A stretch of DNA of 26,757 nt, taken from the IMG/VR virus record IMGVR_UViG_3300045741_000327. One strand, 5' to 3'. This document shows, piece after piece, positions 22,413-26,757 of the stretch. Numbering within the stretch: position 1 is the stretch's first letter; each line of letters starts with the position of its first letter. The stretch comes from a virus. The notes beneath the pieces were generated by a model that made no database searches, was not told where the DNA came from, and was given only the letters and a program-made list of their open reading frames with translations. Both the position numbers and the translations under genes were made by a program.

Positions 22413-22745
22413 ATGAAGTTCTTTCTGACTGGCAAGACGGAAGCATCCCGCGCCTTCCTGTGCACTCCACTCTGGGCAATCATCGCCGGCATGTTCTTCG
22501 ACATGGTCGGCGCGAAGACCAAGCACGTTCATCCGGGGGCACTGGTGGAGTTCCCGGAGCCGAAGGACTGGATGGACGCCCAGTTCATCTTCGGGCACAT
22601 CCAGACGCTGTGCGAGAAGATGGATCTCGAGGTCTCCATCCACCCGGACTGTGTTTCGGCGCTGCCGGTGGTGGACAAGAAGTTCCTGCTCTTGGAGATC
22701 GATCCTCTGCGGGATCTACCTCTGGGGCAGAAGTTCTCCAGTTAG
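22413..22745 (+). CDS. hypothetical protein (110 aa)
   Basis: ORF track. GGAGGTGG RBS. Confidence 0.65.
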   Translation: MKFFLTGKTEASRAFLCTPLWAIIAGMFFDMVGAKTKHVHPGALVEFPEPKDWMDAQFIFGHIQTLCEKMDLEVSIHPDCVSALPVVDKKFLLLEIDPLRDLPLGQKFSS

Positions 22746-22800
22746 TCGCCCCTCCGGATGGAGGGACCGGCAAGGCTTGGAATCACCCAAGCCGGGAATA

Positions 22801-22923
22801 GGGGGATCAAATGCAGCACCCCCTATTTTTACCCCCAAAGTGGCAAATTTGGCCTTTTCCAGGGGATAGGAGGGTAGTCGGAGAAGTAAACCTTCAACCC
22901 CTCTGGGGAGAAAGGGGGCGGCA
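22801..22923 (+). promoter_or_regulatory. intergenic cassette copy: GGGGG..CCCCC hairpin + TATTTTTACCCCC + AAAGTGGCAAATTTGGCCTTTTCCAGGGGATAGGAGGG
   Basis: Shares GGCAAATTT(G/A)GCC(C/T)TTTC and GGGGA(T/C)A(G/A)G with the copies at 23596 and 26201. Confidence 0.45.
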
Positions 22924-23256
22924 ATGACCGCTCTCGAGATGTACCGGGAGCACCGGGCCTCGTGCCTGAACTGCTCTTTCTACGACTGCAACACGGCCCG
23001 TCGGCTGCTGAGCATCGCTGAGGCGGAGGCCTCGCAGCCGAAGTCGGCGATGGACCTGTTCTTCCCCCGCCCCACCCGCACGGTGGTGGTCGAGGTGGAG
23101 CGCCCCCGCCCGGTGGTGGTCATCCGGCCGTCCAGGCCGATGACGGACACCGAGGTCGGCGTCGCCGCCGGGCTGTTGGGTGGAGCGTTGGTCGGAGGAA
23201 TCCTGGGGGCGATCCTCAGCGACTCCCCCTCCAAGAAGAGCAAGAAGGGCAAGTAG
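22924..23256 (+). CDS. hypothetical protein with C-terminal glycine-zipper TM segment (110 aa)
   Basis: ORF track. GVAAGLLGGALVGGILGAIL. Confidence 0.6.
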   Translation: MTALEMYREHRASCLNCSFYDCNTARRLLSIAEAEASQPKSAMDLFFPRPTRTVVVEVERPRPVVVIRPSRPMTDTEVGVAAGLLGGALVGGILGAILSDSPSKKSKKGK

Positions 23257-23358
23257 GGTAAGTAGACGTGCCCTAAACAGACTGCAAGGAGACCCCACTT
23301 CTATGGAGTGGGCTTCTCCTTTTAGCCAAAAGAGATTGAATCCTGGTGATAAGCTAGC

Positions 23359-23559
23359 ATGGAAAAGCTCATCTGGAAGTTGGGTCCGCTTCTCCCTCTG
23401 GGGATGGTGGTCCTGAATGTCTTGAACGTGGTTTCCACGTTCTTGAATGAAGGAAGAATCAAAGTCAATTGCGCACAGTACGCTGTGCGCTATGCGGTCA
23501 CGGTGCCTGCTGCGATGAGGGGAGATCTCTCGCAGTTCATGGTGGTGCTCGCATCTTGA
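23359..23559 (+). CDS. hypothetical small membrane protein (66 aa)
   Basis: ORF track. Confidence 0.45.
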   Translation: MEKLIWKLGPLLPLGMVVLNVLNVVSTFLNEGRIKVNCAQYAVRYAVTVPAAMRGDLSQFMVVLAS

Positions 23560-23561
23560 TG

Positions 23562-23689
23562 GAAGACCCCTGGAGGAGGGTCTTCTTTTAGCCCCAAAAC
23601 GGCAAATTTAGCCCTTTCTGGGGGACAAGGTTTTAGCGAGTAGAAGTTCCTCTTTCACGATCCCGGTATCCGGGATTCAAGGAGAAGTC
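23562..23689 (+). promoter_or_regulatory. intergenic cassette copy: GAAGACCC/GGGTCTTC hairpin + TTTTAGCCCC + AAAACGGCAAATTTAGCCCTTTCTGGGGGACAAGGTTTTAGC, then an ATCCCGG/CCGGGAT hairpin before the RBS
   Basis: Read directly. Confidence 0.45.
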
Positions 23690-24172
23690 ATGTCCCTCGA
23701 GATCAGCGAGATCACGATCGGCCACCAGCCGAACATTCACATCGCCCCCGCCAAGTACCTGTTGGCGTTGTGGGAGGTGATCACCTCCACCATCATCCTG
23801 CCCAGTCTGGGCAGCACCGGCTACATCGACTACTTGACCCCCGAGGACATGGAGAAGGCCTCTGGCAACAAGCGGGCGGCCAAGGGCCAGGACAGCGCCG
23901 GGCGCAAGTGCATCGCCTTCCTGTTGGACGTGTGGCCGGAGGGTCAGGAGAACAAGCGGCGGTGCGTCGTCACCGCGTTCCAGCGGTATGCTGACAACGA
24001 GCTCTTCTGGGTCACCGCCGGTGACAAGTCGTTCATGATCGAGTGCGAGGACGAGCACCGGACCTCGCACGAGAAGATCTCCTCCCTGATGATGGGAGAG
24101 CAGGTCTCCTATGTCATGAACAAGCACGCTCCCGAACTGGCCAGGAAGTACCTGGCCGAGATCCCGCTCTAA
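23690..24172 (+). CDS. hypothetical protein (160 aa)
   Basis: ORF track. AAGGAGAAG RBS. Confidence 0.7.
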   Translation: MSLEISEITIGHQPNIHIAPAKYLLALWEVITSTIILPSLGSTGYIDYLTPEDMEKASGNKRAAKGQDSAGRKCIAFLLDVWPEGQENKRRCVVTAFQRYADNELFWVTAGDKSFMIECEDEHRTSHEKISSLMMGEQVSYVMNKHAPELARKYLAEIPL

Positions 24173-24191
24173 ACCCCAACCAGGAGGCGCT

Positions 24192-24479
24192 ATGCGCCAC
24201 GTTCATGACGCTGTTTGGAGCATCGTCACCTTCGTGGCGATGGTTGTCTCATTCCTCGTTGCTCTCGCAGCCACTGTGTGGCTTCTCCCCCAGGACGTCA
24301 TCGAGGGGGCGGTGGCCGGCTTCAAGGCCGCCAAGTACGAAGATCCCCGCATCTTCCAGAAGGTCCAGGAGGATGTCAACCTTCGCCGGCAGCGCTGGGC
24401 AGCTCGTGCCCAGAAGATTGGCGAGGCAGTCGACCGCAAGGTCGACTACTTCCTCCAGAAGTATCTCCCCCTCGAGTAG
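24192..24479 (+). CDS. hypothetical membrane protein (95 aa)
   Basis: ORF track. CAGGAGG RBS. TM helix WSIVTFVAMVVSFLVALAATVWLL. Confidence 0.65.
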   Translation: MRHVHDAVWSIVTFVAMVVSFLVALAATVWLLPQDVIEGAVAGFKAAKYEDPRIFQKVQEDVNLRRQRWAARAQKIGEAVDRKVDYFLQKYLPLE

Positions 24480-24582
24480 GGAGATGGAGGAAAGAGAATG
24501 CCCGATGAGGGGCCTCTTCTCTTAGCTCAAATATGAGCAAGAAAACGGGACAAGAGAGTAAGCCGAGGTATGGCTTTCCATA

Positions 24583-24834
24583 TTGGAGAAACTGATGTTC
24601 CAACCGAAGAACGACAAGAAGGAGATCCGAAAGGCCATCTTGGCAACTTGTAGATTGGAAGGCTGTACCTGCAATCCAGACATCTCCATCACCGCAGAAG
24701 CAGGCGCAATCAAGAGCGTCGCAGTCGCTCACGATGACTGGTGCAAACACCGCAAGGATACTCCAGAGGAAATCCAGAAGGCTGAATTCGTGGAAGCTGT
24801 CATCCGCGACATGGGAACCAAACACAAGGTCTGA
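24583..24834 (+). CDS. hypothetical protein (83 aa)
   Basis: ORF track. GGAGAA RBS. Confidence 0.55.
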   Translation: MEKLMFQPKNDKKEIRKAILATCRLEGCTCNPDISITAEAGAIKSVAVAHDDWCKHRKDTPEEIQKAEFVEAVIRDMGTKHKV

Positions 24835-24840
24835 CACCCC

Positions 24841-25098
24841 ATGCCACAAAACATCAACAAACCTCCCATCCACATCAAGCATTCAGACTTGCTGCGAGAG
24901 GGGTCTTCTCGTTTCGCATCCCAATGTCCGGTGTGCCATGAGGGGATGCTCCCAGTGTGCAGGAGAGCTCAAGACATGAGCCTGGTCAGGGAAGACCTCT
25001 GCATCCTCTGCGGCCAGGAGTTCGTCTACACCGACGACCAGATCAACGGAGAAGTCCTTCCACCTTTGCCCAACATGTTGGGTTACGGAAAGGCGTGA
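24841..25098 (+). CDS. hypothetical zinc-ribbon protein (CPVC...CILC; 85 aa)
   Basis: ORF track. Confidence 0.5.
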   Translation: MPQNINKPPIHIKHSDLLREGSSRFASQCPVCHEGMLPVCRRAQDMSLVREDLCILCGQEFVYTDDQINGEVLPPLPNMLGYGKA

Positions 25099-25100
25099 GG

Positions 25101-25277
25101 ATGGTGAAAAAGCCGCAGATCAAGCTCACCAAACATGAGCAGAGAATCCTCTTGGACGCGATCACGAAAGGAATCACCGAACCCAACTGGGAGAAGAAGG
25201 TCAAGGCCAGGATCGAGAAGCTCATCAATGAAGCGGCCGAGAGGCTCGCCAAGAAAGGAATCAAGGTGAAAGACTGA
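25101..25277 (+). CDS. hypothetical basic protein (58 aa)
   Basis: Internal Met of ORF 24957. GTGAGG upstream. Confidence 0.4.
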   Translation: MVKKPQIKLTKHEQRILLDAITKGITEPNWEKKVKARIEKLINEAAERLAKKGIKVKD

Positions 25278-25810
25278 TGGCTGTACACTCTGTCATCTTC
25301 TGCGGCAGCAAGCCGAGGAATCACATCTACAACCCCGAAAACGAGCAGAGCGTCGAGGAAACCAAGAAGCTCGTGCGTGAGTCTGTCGTTCGCGGGTGCG
25401 TGATCTTCATGCAGCAGGGCAGTGGAGAGAGGGGGTACGTCGTCCGGGTCCCCGAATTCAGCCCCGTATTTGAAAAGGTCTACGTCGTCGAACAATACTT
25501 TTCAATGCGGGTGAAGAGGGATGGGTCTACCTGGAAACAGATGAAGCAAGAAGTCTCCATCGCCATTACCGAGATGCGACTGGCCCAGATGTTCAGCCAA
25601 GCCAACCTCGATGCGGCAAAGAGGGCTGTCGATGAGCTCGTCCCACTCAGAGAAACCCTCAAGAAGACCCAAGCGAGACTCGCCGAAGAGGAGGCCAAGA
25701 CCCGGAACCTCAAGCATGTCGTCAATGGGCTGAAGAACATGATGGTCGACATCTACCGGGAGAAGATCGAGAAGGATGTCCAGAAGGCCTTCGATGAGTT
25801 CAAGGTCTAA
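25277..25810 (+). CDS. hypothetical protein with coiled-coil C-terminus (177 aa)
   Basis: ORF track. TGATG overlap. Confidence 0.65.
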   Translation: MAVHSVIFCGSKPRNHIYNPENEQSVEETKKLVRESVVRGCVIFMQQGSGERGYVVRVPEFSPVFEKVYVVEQYFSMRVKRDGSTWKQMKQEVSIAITEMRLAQMFSQANLDAAKRAVDELVPLRETLKKTQARLAEEEAKTRNLKHVVNGLKNMMVDIYREKIEKDVQKAFDEFKV

Positions 25811-25855
25811 CTGGGAAGGTCTCACGGGTTCTACCCACCAGAAGGAGAACAAGCA

Positions 25856-26140
25856 ATGGCATGGGATACAGACGATCTTGAAACTCTTCGGGACATCCGG
25901 GCACAGCTGGCGATCATCGCCGATGTCTTGACCAAGACCACCAGCCACAGCGGCGATGAAATCAAGATGCTGGCAGAGAAGATCTTCATCCAGAACATCT
26001 CCAACATCCCCTACAGCCCCCACGTCACCAAGATGATGGCCGAGGAGTCCATCAAGAAGGCCTACCTCTTCTACGAAACCTTTGATGAGCAGAAGTCAGA
26101 CATCATCAGAGAGGTCGAGGAAGAGAGCAACCCCCAGTAG
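25856..26140 (+). CDS. hypothetical acidic protein (94 aa)
   Basis: ORF track. AAGGAGAA RBS. Confidence 0.65.
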   Translation: MAWDTDDLETLRDIRAQLAIIADVLTKTTSHSGDEIKMLAEKIFIQNISNIPYSPHVTKMMAEESIKKAYLFYETFDEQKSDIIREVEEESNPQ

Positions 26141-26160
26141 AACTACCCCCACAAATTCTT

Positions 26161-26276
26161 GAAAGCCAGGAGCCCTCTGGGCCACCCGCTTTCTTTAGCC
26201 TAGAAACGGCAATTTTGGGCTATTTGGGGTGACAAGGTTTTAGCCGAGAAGTTCAACATCTCCTACGGAGGATGCA
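26161..26276 (+). promoter_or_regulatory. intergenic cassette copy: TTTCTTTAGCC + AGAAACGGCAATTTTGGGCTATTTGGGGTGACAAGGTTTTAGCC
   Basis: Read directly. Nearly collinear with the copy at 23586-23640. Confidence 0.45.
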
Positions 26277-26588
26277 ATGCTCACTCTTCTGAACGCGAAG
26301 GTCCGTGAGTTCTGCAACAAGCTCTCTGCAATCAAGACCCCCCACCCGCGCCTGGTCGTCGAGGAGATGGCCATCGCCGTCATCAAGAACAACGACTACA
26401 TCGGCGACGAGGCACGCGAGAAGCTGGCTGATGCCGTCCACGACAGCTCCATCCTCCCCTCCACCAAGCTGGTCCTGGCGTGGGGCGTCTGGAACCCCAG
26501 CGTCGGAGACTTCCGCACGACCGATGAGGAAATGGAGCACGTGGAGCGTTGGCTCCACGAGGCCAAGAAGGAGCAGGACCTGCTGTAG
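26277..26588 (+). CDS. hypothetical protein (103 aa)
   Basis: ORF track. ACGGAGGATG RBS. Confidence 0.65.
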   Translation: MLTLLNAKVREFCNKLSAIKTPHPRLVVEEMAIAVIKNNDYIGDEAREKLADAVHDSSILPSTKLVLAWGVWNPSVGDFRTTDEEMEHVERWLHEAKKEQDLL

Positions 26589-26654
26589 AAATACCCCCAC
26601 AAAAATTGAGAGACGCTACCCCTAGGGTGGCCTTCTCTCTTTTAGGCCTCATGG

Positions 26655-26757
26655 GTGTATCTATTTCTGAACCCAAATCTACCCTAAAACTCTTGTCCCC
26701 TCCCGCTAGGGGCCTATCTATTTTTCAAACCTAAACCTGCCCTAAAACTCTGGTACC
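26655..26757 (+). repeat. two imperfect ~38-bp direct repeats (GTATCTATTTCTGAACCCAAATCTACCCTAAAACTCTTG / CTATCTATTTTTCAAACCTAAACCTGCCCTAAAACTCTGG) separated by a CCCCTCCCGCTAGGGG palindrome
   Basis: Read directly at the 3' edge of the window. CCCTAGGG palindrome also at ~26616. Confidence 0.55.

Noticed and set aside
22061-22801. 246-aa + strand ORF spanning three smaller genes
   Set aside because: Arg/Pro/Gly-rich translation of the alternative frame across three RBS-bearing small genes and their intergenic cassettes. Not coding.
1-26757. CRISPR array, integrase, transposase or IS element
   Set aside because: No regularly spaced identical repeats with unique spacers. No product resembling tyrosine/serine recombinases or DDE transposases. 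The repeats present are imperfect and intergenic.

Overview
The window reads as a single-strand (+) phage-like genome segment, most likely from a large virulent phage of a moderately high-GC host. Part 1 of the window (~120-7030) is a tRNA array: 13 canonical tRNA genes, all with encoded CCA. Interspersed in the array are a ribosomal protein bL12 (L7/L12) homolog, a 674-aa protein of unknown function, two ORF-free structured gaps (one with degenerate tRNA-like hairpins) and several small ORFs. Part 2 (~7100-26757) is a dense run of about 55 short, mostly orphan genes with frequent ATGA/GTGA/TAATG start-stop overlaps and many Cys-rich (zinc-ribbon-like) products. Recognisable proteins in part 2 are a singlet bacterial-type histone-fold protein (HBb/HMfB-like), a low-molecular-weight PTP/ArsC-like phosphatase, a DNPH1/Rcl (nucleoside 2-deoxyribosyltransferase family)-like protein and a 2H-phosphoesterase (LigT-like, double HxT motif). 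The most striking is a 905-aa, unmistakable homolog of the eukaryotic Major Vault Protein (MVP): N-terminal MVP repeats, an SPFH-like shoulder and a cap-helix coiled coil. A phage-encoded vault-shell protein is the main candidate for a previously undescribed system. The later part also carries a repeated intergenic cassette (hairpin + TTTTAGCC + GGCAAATTT + GGGGA(Y)A(R)G), a very GC-rich small island gene, and imperfect ~38-bp direct repeats at the 3' end of the window. No integrase, transposase or CRISPR array was seen. All tRNA coordinates were counted by hand and may be off by 1-2 nt. CDS coordinates follow the supplied ORF track, with internal starts chosen from RBS context.
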